Shown here: positions 1-8,995 of the stretch, piece by piece | How positions within the stretch are numbered: the stretch's first letter is position 1 | How the letters are laid out: each line of letters begins with the position of its first letter | DNA from: a virus | Lineage: Duplodnaviria; Heunggongvirae; Uroviricota; Caudoviricetes | DNA length: 64,000 nt | Virus record (IMG/VR): IMGVR_UViG_3300035544_000169 | Strand: one strand, 5' to 3' | Position numbers and translations under genes: made by a program | Notes under the pieces: generated by a model | Database searches by the model: none | Seen by the model: the letters and a program-made list of their open reading frames with translations, nothing else | Told to the model about the DNA's origin: nothing

Positions 1-843
1 TACCCTTTAGATATTACGACAACAAATGCAACAAGAACTGAAGTAAGAGCACTATTTGATGATTTGGAATCTAAAAGAGTTATTTTATATAACTCAATTA
101 CAGATGCCAAGCAGGAAGAGGCTATTCTTTACTCTGAAGCTGATATAGTAAGTGACCCTGAGATAAATATATTCCATTTCGATAAGCATCTTACATCAAC
201 AAAAGGTGTTCATCCAGCAGGAGATTTTACAGTTTCAATAGAAACTGGATTATTTAAAAACGGTGCTGGAATCCACAGCGTAGATGAGGGAGTTTTGTTC
301 TATAATACAGCAGACCTTAATTTAAATACAAATTCAGGAACAATATCGATGGCTTTTAAGATACCAAGTGATGTAGATTTTAAAGGAAGTTCAGGTTACA
401 AGAGATTATTTAGCATAGGAGAGTTTGCTACAGAGGGCCAGTTTATAGCTTACTATAACTTAAGCGACAACACCTTCAGATTTAGAATCCATGACGGAAC
501 AACAGCACAGGAAGTTACCGCAAATCATGTTTATCAGCCAGGATTTAAACGCTTTACTTTTAAGTGGAGCCCTGATGAGATGGCTATTTTTATAGGTAGC
601 GAAAAATTTATCAAAAATAGTTTTAATCTGCCGGAATTTTTTGCCTCAGATATAATATACTTCGGTTCCAAAAACAAAAACGAGGAGCACATTAATTCCG
701 TGATAGATGAGGTTTTAATTTCTAACAAAGCTGAAGACGATATGAAGATAAAAAGATGGGCCAAAATGAATAGGCCGTTTAATGATACCGAAGATTATAT
801 ATCTGTACCAATTGCTGATGTTGTAAATATTAATTGGTTATAA
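1..843 (+). CDS. C-terminal part of a fibre/receptor-binding-like protein with a LamG/ConA-like lectin domain (5' end lies outside the window)
   Basis: Frame 1 is open from nt 1 with no stop before 64. It contains the HFDKHLTSTKG motif followed by a beta-rich domain ending ...DEVLISNKAEDDMKIKRWAKMNRPF, like the C-terminal modules of ORFs 865 and 3113. Confidence 0.55.
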   Translation, partial: YPLDITTTNATRTEVRALFDDLESKRVILYNSITDAKQEEAILYSEADIVSDPEINIFHFDKHLTSTKGVHPAGDFTVSIETGLFKNGAGIHSVDEGVLFYNTADLNLNTNSGTISMAFKIPSDVDFKGSSGYKRLFSIGEFATEGQFIAYYNLSDNTFRFRIHDGTTAQEVTANHVYQPGFKRFTFKWSPDEMAIFIGSEKFIKNSFNLPEFFASDIIYFGSKNKNEEHINSVIDEVLISNKAEDDMKIKRWAKMNRPFNDTEDYISVPIADVVNINWL

Positions 844-864
844 AAATTAAGAGGTGGTATAAAA

Positions 865-3096
865 ATGAATAAACAAATAAGAAACGCAAAGATAACATGG
901 GACTGGTCTGGTGATGAGTTTGCATTAGAAAGATTTAATGTAGTTTTAACCCCTTCAGGGGGAGACCCAAGACAGGATGCAACAGTTTATGCATCTGCAG
1001 GAACCACAAAAAACAAAAACGGACTTTATGAATATATATTTAGAGATATAACAGTAGATACAGCCAATACATATGTAGCATGGGTTCAGGCAGTTTATGA
1101 AAACGAGGATAGTGATTGGCTTTCTACAAGTACTCTGGTTATAGAAGATGATGGAACACCGTCAATAGCTTCACTTGATGAAGTTGACACTGTAGCCGCA
1201 GATAAAGTTCAGACCTTTATTGACGGCCAGTACACAACAGATAAAGAAGCACTGCAGACACAAATTGACGGCAAGATAGAAACATGGTTTACCTCAACTG
1301 ACCCTGAGACAAACTGGACAACAGCTTCTGAAAAGGAAAAACACCACGGAGATATGTGGTACAACGGAACCTCAAACCAGCTTAAAAGATATAACTGGGA
1401 CGGTTCTGCAGGAAGCTGGATTTTAATACAGGACCAGAAAGCAATTGACGCTTACGATAACGCTTCTAAGGCTCAGGATACAGCAGACGAAAAGAGAAGA
1501 ATCTTTACCTCAACTCCTACAACCCCCTATGATGTAGGTGATATGTGGGCACAGGGTGAAGCAGGAGACATGTATGTCTGTAAAACTGCAAAGCTTGAAG
1601 GCGAAAGTTATTCAGTAAATGACTGGCAGAAAGCTGCTGACTATGCAACAGGAACAGAATACCAGAATTTTGTAGACAGCATGACTCAAAATATGACAGA
1701 ACTCCAAAACCAGCTAGATGGCAATATAACAACCTGGTTTATGGATGGGGTACCTAGCTTAACAAGCCAGCCATATACAGACTGGGAAACAGAAGATAAT
1801 GCATCAACTGATGATACAGATTACTATATCAGAAATTCTCACCTGGGAGATATCTACTATGATAATGTAACAGGTACAGCCTACCGTTTTACAGGCTCAA
1901 CAGGCTCATATTCCTGGACAGAAATAACAGATAACGCCTTGACTGAAGCTTTGACAACAGCAAGAGGTGCTGAAGATTTAGCTGACCAGAAAAGAAGAGT
2001 TTTTGTCACAACTCCAACGACACCTTATGATGTCGGAGATTTATGGACAGAAGGAGAAAGCGGAGATTTATACCGCTGTATTACTCCTAAATCAGACACA
2101 GGTTCTTACAGCTCAAACGACTGGGAAAAGGCAGTAAAATATACAGATGACACAACAGTAAATACTTTCATAGACGGGACATTTGCAGATACAGTTGACG
2201 ATTTAACAGGCCAGATTGACGGTAAGATAGATACCTGGTTTGGCTCAACAGACCCTTCTACAAGCTGGGCTGGCACTGATGCCTCTCACGAAGGAGACCT
2301 CTGGTATGACAATACATCAGGTTCTCAGAAGCTTAAAAGATGGGATGGGGCAGGCTGGAATGAGATAACAGACCAGAAAGCAATAGACGCTATGGAAGCT
2401 GCAGGAGAAGCTCAAGGGACCGCTGATAAAAAGAAGACAATATTCACAAATGAGCCAGTTTCTCCTTATGATGTAGGTGATATGTGGTGGCTTGGCCCGG
2501 ATAATGTTGATATGAAAATCTGTACAACAGCTGATGGTTCAACAGGAAACTTCACAGCTTCTCATTGGGAACTTGCTACTAATGCAGAACAGTATACAAA
2601 AGATTTAACACACGCTCATATAGTTAATCCAAACACAACCTATTTATTCCACTTTAATAAAAATATAACATCTACTGATGGAGTAGGTCCTAACTCAGGT
2701 TATGATGTTAATTTGCACAAAGATGGAGGCAAATTCGGTGGAGCAGCAGAAGTAGTCAGTAGCCTGTCGTATAACTTCGGCAGTTTAACAGATTATACTA
2801 TATCAGTCTACTATACAAGCACATTAGGCGGTTCTTTTGACCATTATGTAATAAAGTCTAACGGAGAGAAGTATGTGAATGGAGAGAGAAATGACGGAGC
2901 TACCACAAGCTTCATGACAGTTAGTGCACCAAATATAACATTAAACACAGGAGTATATGATGAACTGATGGTCTCAACAGAATTAAATTCAGCAGCAGAG
3001 ATAAAAAACTGGTATGATATGCAGAAACCATTTTTTGACCCTGAACTTACAATAGATGTTCCGGAGCCAACCTCAATTACAATGAGTTGGAATTAA
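865..3096 (+). CDS. Tail fibre / receptor-binding protein paralogue 1 (N-terminal anchor, 3 tandem ~150-aa repeats, C-terminal LamG-like lectin domain)
   Basis: The N-terminus ITWDWSGDEFALERFNVVLTP...WVQAVYENEDSDW...DDGTPSI is shared with ORFs 3113, 9330 and 15359. Internal repeats IDGKI(E/D)TWF..TDP.T.W...GD.WY...KR..WDG..W..I.DQKAIDA...PYDVGD(M/L)W occur three times. The C-terminus has HFNKNITSTDG followed by a LamG-like fold ending NWYDMQKPFFDP. An RBS GAGGTGG lies upstream. Confidence 0.75.
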   Translation: MNKQIRNAKITWDWSGDEFALERFNVVLTPSGGDPRQDATVYASAGTTKNKNGLYEYIFRDITVDTANTYVAWVQAVYENEDSDWLSTSTLVIEDDGTPSIASLDEVDTVAADKVQTFIDGQYTTDKEALQTQIDGKIETWFTSTDPETNWTTASEKEKHHGDMWYNGTSNQLKRYNWDGSAGSWILIQDQKAIDAYDNASKAQDTADEKRRIFTSTPTTPYDVGDMWAQGEAGDMYVCKTAKLEGESYSVNDWQKAADYATGTEYQNFVDSMTQNMTELQNQLDGNITTWFMDGVPSLTSQPYTDWETEDNASTDDTDYYIRNSHLGDIYYDNVTGTAYRFTGSTGSYSWTEITDNALTEALTTARGAEDLADQKRRVFVTTPTTPYDVGDLWTEGESGDLYRCITPKSDTGSYSSNDWEKAVKYTDDTTVNTFIDGTFADTVDDLTGQIDGKIDTWFGSTDPSTSWAGTDASHEGDLWYDNTSGSQKLKRWDGAGWNEITDQKAIDAMEAAGEAQGTADKKKTIFTNEPVSPYDVGDMWWLGPDNVDMKICTTADGSTGNFTASHWELATNAEQYTKDLTHAHIVNPNTTYLFHFNKNITSTDGVGPNSGYDVNLHKDGGKFGGAAEVVSSLSYNFGSLTDYTISVYYTSTLGGSFDHYVIKSNGEKYVNGERNDGATTSFMTVSAPNITLNTGVYDELMVSTELNSAAEIKNWYDMQKPFFDPELTIDVPEPTSITMSWN

Positions 3097-3112
3097 AAGA
3101 GAGGTGTAGACT

Positions 3113-5749
3113 TTGAACAAACAAAACAGAGACGGAAATATAACATGGAGCTGGGAGGGAGATACCTTTGCCTTAAGGGGGTTTAATGTTGCCATAACCC
3201 CCTATGGTGGCAACCCAAACAGTGAGTCAATTGCAAAGGCAAGAGTTGAAGCCTCATCAAGGTCTTATACTTTTGAAAATATAACTATTAATGCTGATGG
3301 AGAATATCAGGGCTGGGTGCAGGCTATTTATGAAGGTGGAGATAGTGCCTGGCAGACTACGGGTAAGATAACAGTACCTGATGACGGAACACCAACCATA
3401 GTATCTTCTACTGATGTAGACACAATAGCAGATGAAACAGAACAGAATGCAAAAGAATATTTCGATTCACGCTACATAAAAGACAATGACGAGCTGATTC
3501 ATTTTGATAAGCATTTAACTTCTACTAAGGGGTTGGAGCCGGAAGCTGGCTATGAAGTAACTATAAGAGAAGATGGAAAACATGATGGAGCTGTGGCCAT
3601 AGAGGAAAGCACTGAGAATTTATCAAATGGAATATCAGGAACGAGTGGAATTTCTTTAACTTATATTAGTGATGAAAATGGTTGGAAAAAGTATAGTTTA
3701 AGTGGCACCTGGAACAGTGGAACATATCCATACTGCATGCGCCTTAAAGGTGTTAGTTTAAAAGCTAATACTGCTTATTCTACTTCGTTTTATTTTAAAA
3801 CTAATGCACAGCACAAATTTCACTCAGAAATAAGGTCTGTTAATTATGTGAACATGTCTTTGGTTACAACCGGAAATTTTTCAGTTGAGAAGCTACATAA
3901 TGATATCTTTTTTGTTAAAAGAGAGGGGTTTATTTACCCTAAAGATACAACCCAATCAGGATATTTGTCTATAAGACCAAAAGAAAATGGAACTACATTT
4001 AATCCTAATACTGATTTTGTATACTTTAAAAAAGTTCAAGTAGAAAAAAGTATATTCTCAACCTCATTCACAGAATCAACCAGAGACAAAGGTAAGCTTA
4101 ACTATCCTATCAATACTGATAATAAAACAATTAATTTCTACAGAAAAGGTGTTACGAGTTTAGTAGAGAATACAAACGAGGATTTTAGTAAAGGAATATT
4201 AACTGATGTAGAAGTTGTTGGTGATGGGGTTGAGTTATTAAAACCTACTTTTGAAGATGATTTTTTAAACTCAAATAATTGGACAGGCAATTTTGATATT
4301 GACAATGGATATTTAAGACATACAGCAGACAATATTTCTGCATATACTATTAACAACGTTATTGAGTCTGGTAAAAAAACTATAAATTTTAAATTTATGA
4401 ACAATGGTCATGGTTCATCACAGGACCAATACTATGTATCTCCTATATGGAATAGTGATGATGATAGATTAACCTTTTACATGAGGACTTACAAAAGCGG
4501 AGATTATGAAATAGAACTACTATCTTTAATAGGTGGGGCAAGCACTTCTTTATTTTCTGACACAAAATACAACTATTATAATATGGCTGGTCAATGGTTT
4601 AATATAAAAATGTTTAAAGATAGTTCTGATATTAAAGTTAAAATATGGATTGAAGGAGACTCTGAGCCTGAGAATTGGGATTGGGAAGTTTCAGCCCCAG
4701 AAGGAGTAGTTGATGAAGGCAAGTTTCATTCTTTTGCAAGATATACTGATGTTAATGGAACTGGGTTGGATAATATCTATATAGAACAATACAAAAAATC
4801 TGGCACCCGACAATCACCTCAACTAAATCTATCTGATATTAATAATGTTACTGATAGTTTAATAGAGTGGGAAGGAAATTACATCGAAGAAGAGAACTTC
4901 GGAGATAGCATGGGGGGAAGTTATCACGGTAATAATGGATTAATCTATTTTGATGTTCATAGAAGAATGAGACTTGATAGTGTGCTTATTGATGCTAATT
5001 TTACAGGTGATGTTGTTATAACATTACAGGATGGTAGCGGAGGCTATATAAAAGACAAAACTATCAATATATCAACTTCAGGAGAGCAGAGGATAGATAT
5101 AGGCTGGGTGTTAGAACCTGGAAGCTACAGAATAGGAAGGGTAACAAATACCAGCGCCACGCCATTAAGAAGGATTCCGGGTGCAGCAACATTTCCATAT
5201 GAAAGTAAATATAATATAGCAACAATGACTGGAACAAATGCTGCTGATTATTATTATTATTTTTTTGACTGGCACATAACTGACTTAAGCTCATTAAAAG
5301 TAGAAACAAGCGTAGATAATGGTTCTTCATGGCAATTGTGTGAAAATGGGGGCTCAGTTCCTAACCTGCCAACAAGTCCAACGACACTTGATGTAAGGCT
5401 CAAACTCAGCACTGGTGCAACAACCATAACCCCTACTCTATCAGAAGTTAAGGCATATATCTTTACTGATAGTGATGATGAGTACAAAATGTACACCATC
5501 AAGCCTGACGGCACAGCTTATCTAAACGGTAATCAAATAAATGCAGTACCGAATGCCGTGATAGATATAACCGAACCCGGCAAGTTACAGTTTAAACCAA
5601 ACAACATCTATGACGAAGTACTAATAAAAGATGGAGACGTAACAGAAGAAGAAATCAATAACTGGTATGAACTCGGAACACCATTCGTTGATTTGCACCC
5701 TAAAACAAACACAAATACACCCACAAATGTAGTATTAACAGAGGTTTAG
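3113..5749 (+). CDS. Tail fibre / receptor-binding protein paralogue 2 (shared N-terminal anchor; modules shared with ORF 11544; C-terminal LamG-like domain)
   Basis: The N-terminus ITWSWEGDTFALRGFNVAITP...WVQAIYEGGDSAW...DDGTPTI matches the other fibres. It carries the HFDKHLTSTKG motif. Blocks GTWNSGTYPYCMRL, GYLSIRPKENGTTFNPNTDFVYFKK, TRQSPQLNLS and SVDNGSSWQ...NLPTSPTTLDVR are homologous to ORF 11544. The C-terminus ends ...EEEINNWYELGTPFVD. Confidence 0.75.
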   Translation: MNKQNRDGNITWSWEGDTFALRGFNVAITPYGGNPNSESIAKARVEASSRSYTFENITINADGEYQGWVQAIYEGGDSAWQTTGKITVPDDGTPTIVSSTDVDTIADETEQNAKEYFDSRYIKDNDELIHFDKHLTSTKGLEPEAGYEVTIREDGKHDGAVAIEESTENLSNGISGTSGISLTYISDENGWKKYSLSGTWNSGTYPYCMRLKGVSLKANTAYSTSFYFKTNAQHKFHSEIRSVNYVNMSLVTTGNFSVEKLHNDIFFVKREGFIYPKDTTQSGYLSIRPKENGTTFNPNTDFVYFKKVQVEKSIFSTSFTESTRDKGKLNYPINTDNKTINFYRKGVTSLVENTNEDFSKGILTDVEVVGDGVELLKPTFEDDFLNSNNWTGNFDIDNGYLRHTADNISAYTINNVIESGKKTINFKFMNNGHGSSQDQYYVSPIWNSDDDRLTFYMRTYKSGDYEIELLSLIGGASTSLFSDTKYNYYNMAGQWFNIKMFKDSSDIKVKIWIEGDSEPENWDWEVSAPEGVVDEGKFHSFARYTDVNGTGLDNIYIEQYKKSGTRQSPQLNLSDINNVTDSLIEWEGNYIEEENFGDSMGGSYHGNNGLIYFDVHRRMRLDSVLIDANFTGDVVITLQDGSGGYIKDKTINISTSGEQRIDIGWVLEPGSYRIGRVTNTSATPLRRIPGAATFPYESKYNIATMTGTNAADYYYYFFDWHITDLSSLKVETSVDNGSSWQLCENGGSVPNLPTSPTTLDVRLKLSTGATTITPTLSEVKAYIFTDSDDEYKMYTIKPDGTAYLNGNQINAVPNAVIDITEPGKLQFKPNNIYDEVLIKDGDVTEEEINNWYELGTPFVDLHPKTNTNTPTNVVLTEV

Positions 5750-5767
5750 TTTAGTTTAATAAACAAC

Positions 5768-5796
5768 TTGAAAAATGGTCCAGAATATGGTATAAT
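5768..5796 (+). promoter_or_regulatory. Canonical sigma-A/sigma-70-type promoter (TTGAAA-N17-TATAAT with extended TG) upstream of the rSAM/cytidylyltransferase cassette
   Basis: TTGAAA at 5768-5773, a 17-nt spacer, and TGGTATAAT at 5788-5796. It lies ~35 nt upstream of the RBS and start codon of ORF 5832. Confidence 0.55.
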
Positions 5797-5831
5797 TATA
5801 TATAGAAGGAAAGAATAAAAAGGGGGCCAAA

Positions 5832-6635
5832 ATGTACACTAATCTAAGAATGGTAGAAATAGAAATACACAGCTATTGCAACAGAACATGCAGTTGGTGT
5901 CCTAATAAATATATAAATCGAAAGATAAAAAAGATACTGCCTAAGACTAATTATACAAATATTTTAAACGAACTCAAGTCCATCGATTATAAAGGAACAA
6001 TAAGTTACTCAAGGTATAATGAACCTTTTGCTTTGAAAGAAATTTTTGCTCAGTATACTAAAAAAGCAAGGTTGTTATTACCTGAAGCAAGACTTGTAAC
6101 AAACACCAATGGAGATTATCTTACAAACTCAATTTTAGATAGAGTTGAGATAGATGAGCTTTCAATAATGGATTACGACAACAAAGGTTTAGGCTACTGT
6201 ATTCAAAGAATGGAAGATTTAAATTTTGAGATAACAGAAATAATAGATAATAAGATATACGGTTTTGGTCACGACATGGAAGTAGTGTATGTTAGCGACT
6301 GGGCCAGACTGGAAAGCTTTGGAGACAGGGCGGGCTCTTTAGAAAAAGCAGATAAAAAAATAAGAAAAAAGAAATGTTATGAGCCTTTTCATTTTCTTGG
6401 GATAGACTACAACTGCAATGTGATGCCCTGCTGCAACTTCAGAAGCGATAATAATATCCACCAGGAATTTGTACTTGGTAACATAAAAAACGAAAGTATC
6501 AGGTCAATACTGGATTCTAAAAAGCTAAAAGACCTGCAGTTAAGACTTCAAAACTTAGACTTTCCCGAGCAGTGTAAATACTGCATCAAAGAAGAGGGAA
6601 GGTATACCAGGGAGAATCCCGGTATAAAATATTGA
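5832..6635 (+). CDS. Radical SAM domain protein, paralogue 1 (CxxxCxxC plus C-terminal Cys-rich twitch/SPASM-like region)
   Basis: HSYCNRTCSWCPN (Cx3Cx2C), NEPF (GGEP-like), TNTNGD (TNG ribose motif), and a C-terminal C...YNCNVMPCCNF...CKYC cluster. It is paralogous to ORFs 18551 and 19465. An RBS AAAGGGGG lies upstream. Confidence 0.75.
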   Translation: MYTNLRMVEIEIHSYCNRTCSWCPNKYINRKIKKILPKTNYTNILNELKSIDYKGTISYSRYNEPFALKEIFAQYTKKARLLLPEARLVTNTNGDYLTNSILDRVEIDELSIMDYDNKGLGYCIQRMEDLNFEITEIIDNKIYGFGHDMEVVYVSDWARLESFGDRAGSLEKADKKIRKKKCYEPFHFLGIDYNCNVMPCCNFRSDNNIHQEFVLGNIKNESIRSILDSKKLKDLQLRLQNLDFPEQCKYCIKEEGRYTRENPGIKY

Positions 6636-6654
6636 GATTAAAAGGAGTTAATAA

Positions 6655-7335
6655 ATGAAAAAAATCGGAGTTTTTATTCCTGGTAGATTACAAAGCGAAA
6701 GGCTTCCAAACAAATTAGTACTTCCTTTAGGAGATACAAACCTTTGGGATATAGCCTGTAAAAAGCTAAACAGTCTGCCAGATAAGTATAATAAATATGC
6801 ACTATGCTACGACAAAGAGCTTGTAGAGATTGCTCAAAAATATGATAATCTAACAGTTATTTTAAGAGATAAAATTACGGCTTTAGTTGATGGCCCGCTT
6901 GAGTATATATTTAAAGACTTAAAAGAAGTAGAAGATACACATTTAATGTTTTTAAATCCGTGCCTTGCTTTTTTAAAAAAAGAAACAATCTTAAAGTCAT
7001 TAGAGACATTCGATAGTTTAGATGAAGATTACTGTGAGGGCAATTATGCAACAAGCGTAAAAGTTTATAAAAACTGGTTATTTAATAATCAAAATCAATG
7101 CTTAACAGATATAAATTATGAGAGGCTGACAACAAAAGAAATACCTGATTATTACGAAGCTGCTCACTGCTTTCATATTTTTAATAAAGATAATTTTTTC
7201 AAAGACGGGCAGATGCTAAAAGACAACCATTCTTTAATAGAAGTACCAAACAAAGAAGTAATAGATATAGACACCAAAGAGGATTATGAATTTGCTAAAT
7301 GGAAGTGGGAAAATAAGTCAACTTCTCCCACCTAA
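6655..7335 (+). CDS. Acylneuraminate/nonulosonate cytidylyltransferase family protein (NeuA/PseF/SpsF-like, CTP_transf_3)
   Basis: N-terminal IPGRLQSERLPNKLVLPLG (the R..S.R...K motif of CMP-sugar synthetases), a mid NPC..F block, and C-terminal IDIDTKEDYEFA, all matching CMP-NeuAc synthetase family signatures. Confidence 0.65.
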   Translation: MKKIGVFIPGRLQSERLPNKLVLPLGDTNLWDIACKKLNSLPDKYNKYALCYDKELVEIAQKYDNLTVILRDKITALVDGPLEYIFKDLKEVEDTHLMFLNPCLAFLKKETILKSLETFDSLDEDYCEGNYATSVKVYKNWLFNNQNQCLTDINYERLTTKEIPDYYEAAHCFHIFNKDNFFKDGQMLKDNHSLIEVPNKEVIDIDTKEDYEFAKWKWENKSTSPT

Positions 7336-7336
7336 T

Positions 7337-7560
7337 CAAAAACAAGATTAGAAGGGAGCTTGTTAAGTAATAAACCATACTCAGTATAGTCTATTAACAA
7401 GTTTTCGCACCTTCTTAAACCCACAAGTGGGTGATTCAGGATTAAGAAAGTTACAGGATGGTTGACTCGTGAATCTTTTTCACCCTATCCACCATGTTAA
7501 AACACAGTGGGTTACAGATTACTCTGTAAGCTGTATTAAACAGCTATGCTACATCGACAA
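7337..7560 (-). ncRNA. Predicted TnpB omega (right-end) RNA overlapping the tnpB 3' end and RE
   Basis: Structured, relatively GC-richer segment downstream of the tnpB stop, with hairpins CCCACAAGTGGG and TTACAGATTACTCTGTAA. Position and orientation fit the omega RNA of IS605-family TnpB. This is inferred, with no expression data. Confidence 0.3.
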
Positions 7561-8698
7561 AAGGATTTTCTATCTCAATACCCATAGCAAGTTTAGCTAT
7601 ATTTATACTGGCATTAGTATCAGCATTAAAAGTGTGACCATTAGTACATTCAAACAAGTTTTGTGTTTCTCTTATGCCTTCTTGTCCACATACGTGGCAT
7701 ATCTTAGATGTTTTGTAAGGATTAACTTCTTCAACAGGTAAGTTATTAAGATTAGCTTTATGTTTTACAAACTGTTTTAATTGATAGTAAGCCCAACTAT
7801 TTTTCTCATAGTTGTTTAGATTGTTATCGTTAGTAATATTCTTTCTAATATTCTTAAGGTTTTCAAATACAATAGTAGAATTATATTCTTTAGCTATCTC
7901 AATAATTCTATTAGTTATAAGCCAGTTAGTTTCTTTAGTAATTCTGTTTTCTTTAATCAGTGAAGTATTCTTACTATCAGACTTAAAAGCTTTACGCTTA
8001 CGTTTACTTTTATATCTCATACGTTTAAACCTTAACTCTTTACCTGATAGGTGTTCAGTATGCAAAATATTTTCACTGCTGTCTACTACACTAAACGTAG
8101 CTAGATTAATAATACCAAGGTCAACACCAAGATGAGTGTCTGTTTCTTTTCCTTTCACTTCGTATCTTAGTATAAAATTAAGATACCATTCACCATCTTG
8201 TTTATATAGCTCAGCTGTTTTAATCTCGTACCTATCATTATTAATATAATTTAAGTGGTAGTTGCTTAAAGAGATAGGTACGTAGATATTGTTATAAGGC
8301 TCAATGCTTATCTTTATAATATTAGTACCGTTATCTTTTCTTATAAGTTTAAAACTTTTATTCTTAACTAAATCAACAGGTACTTGATAGTTAAACTTAA
8401 CGTTATCTCTAAACTTTTTATGACAAGACTTATAAGATTCCATAGCTTTACGATTAGCTTCAATAGCTACCTGTGAAGGGAGGTTGTAATTATTCTTAAC
8501 AACTCTATATACATGCTTATGTGATTTAGTGTAAGCAGTAAGCCCCCAGTGTTTAATTATTTTGAGGGCTGAACGAATAGCTTTGTTCCAGTTACGAGAA
8601 AGCTTTTTTAGTTCATTACGTTTAATATTTGTAGGTTCAAATAATTTAATGTGGTGTAGTGTGATATGTGATTTACTCATTGTTATCACTTTCTTCAT
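7544..8698 (-). CDS. tnpB: TnpB (IS605 OrfB family RNA-guided endonuclease)
   Basis: RuvC-I LGVDLGIINLA, RuvC-II IVFENL, zinc finger CHVCG...C, and RuvC-III FNADTNASINIA. The true start is probably MSKSHI at 8680, which overlaps the stop of the upstream RHH ORF. Confidence 0.9.
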   Translation of the reverse strand: MKKVITMSKSHITLHHIKLFEPTNIKRNELKKLSRNWNKAIRSALKIIKHWGLTAYTKSHKHVYRVVKNNYNLPSQVAIEANRKAMESYKSCHKKFRDNVKFNYQVPVDLVKNKSFKLIRKDNGTNIIKISIEPYNNIYVPISLSNYHLNYINNDRYEIKTAELYKQDGEWYLNFILRYEVKGKETDTHLGVDLGIINLATFSVVDSSENILHTEHLSGKELRFKRMRYKSKRKRKAFKSDSKNTSLIKENRITKETNWLITNRIIEIAKEYNSTIVFENLKNIRKNITNDNNLNNYEKNSWAYYQLKQFVKHKANLNNLPVEEVNPYKTSKICHVCGQEGIRETQNLFECTNGHTFNADTNASINIAKLAMGIEIENPFVDVA

Positions 8699-8813
8699 AG
8701 TATTGAAATAAAATATAGCGAACCATTTCTGAAATGCCTATGCCTTTTTTGTTTCCTTCTTCATCTAGTTTATCTCTAAGATATTTAGGTAAAGAGACTT
8801 GTGTTCGTTCCAT
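8673..8813 (-). CDS. Small ribbon-helix-helix (CopG/Arc-like) protein encoded inside the IS, translationally coupled to tnpB
   Basis: 46 aa, MERTQVSLPKYLRDKLDEEGNKKGIGISEMVRYILFQYYEESDNNE. The RBS GAGGTGAT sits 5 nt before the ATG. The stop overlaps the tnpB ATG (ATGAGTAA). Confidence 0.5.
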   Translation of the reverse strand: MERTQVSLPKYLRDKLDEEGNKKGIGISEMVRYILFQYYEESDNNE

Positions 8814-8995
8814 TTTTATCACCTCATACTACTATTATACCACATTTTGTTGTAAAAGTCAAGTATTTAAACACTTAAATGTTACAAAATATTTAAAAAA
8901 GGATGGTGAAAAAATAGTAAGGATATTAAATTACGCAATTCCTCCCCACCCTAATCAGAGACAAGATTAGGATGAGGTTTCCTTGCTATAAATAA

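Larger units (their letters stand above)
7326..8970 (-). mobile_element. IS200/IS605-family TnpB-only insertion element (IS1341-like), ~1.65 kb, bounded by near-identical subterminal hairpin repeats
   Basis: Direct repeats CCCACCTAATCAAAAACAAGATTAG (7326-7352) and CCCCACCCTAATCAGAGACAAGATTAG (8944-8970) each form a CTAATC-N8-GATTAG hairpin. They flank tnpB and a small RHH gene. No tnpA is present. Confidence 0.55.

Noticed and set aside
534-764. Minus-strand 76-aa ORF inside the lectin-domain gene (and similar antisense ORFs at 1517..1732, 4138..4404, 5064..5514, 10040..10225, 12206..12421, 13295..13600, 14445..15115, 15595..16464)
   Set aside because: They lie entirely inside well-supported long plus-strand genes, are hydrophobic and low-complexity, and have no RBS. 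They are typical antisense artefacts in AT-rich DNA.
7469-8135. Plus-strand ORFs 7469..7741 and 7812..8135 within the IS
   Set aside because: They are antisense to the well-supported tnpB gene and are hydrophobic nonsense frames.
8673-8813. RHH protein plus downstream gene as a toxin-antitoxin pair
   Set aside because: The partner is a full-length TnpB nuclease, not a toxin family. The arrangement fits an IS-internal regulator better.
8734-8970. Plus-strand 78-aa ORF at the IS left end
   Set aside because: It is antisense to the better-supported RHH gene with a strong RBS, and overlaps the terminal hairpin. It is probably spurious.
7326-8970. TnpA (HUH transposase) partner of TnpB
   Set aside because: There is no ~130-150-aa ORF with an HuH...Y motif within or next to the element. 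The only extra gene is the 46-aa RHH protein.
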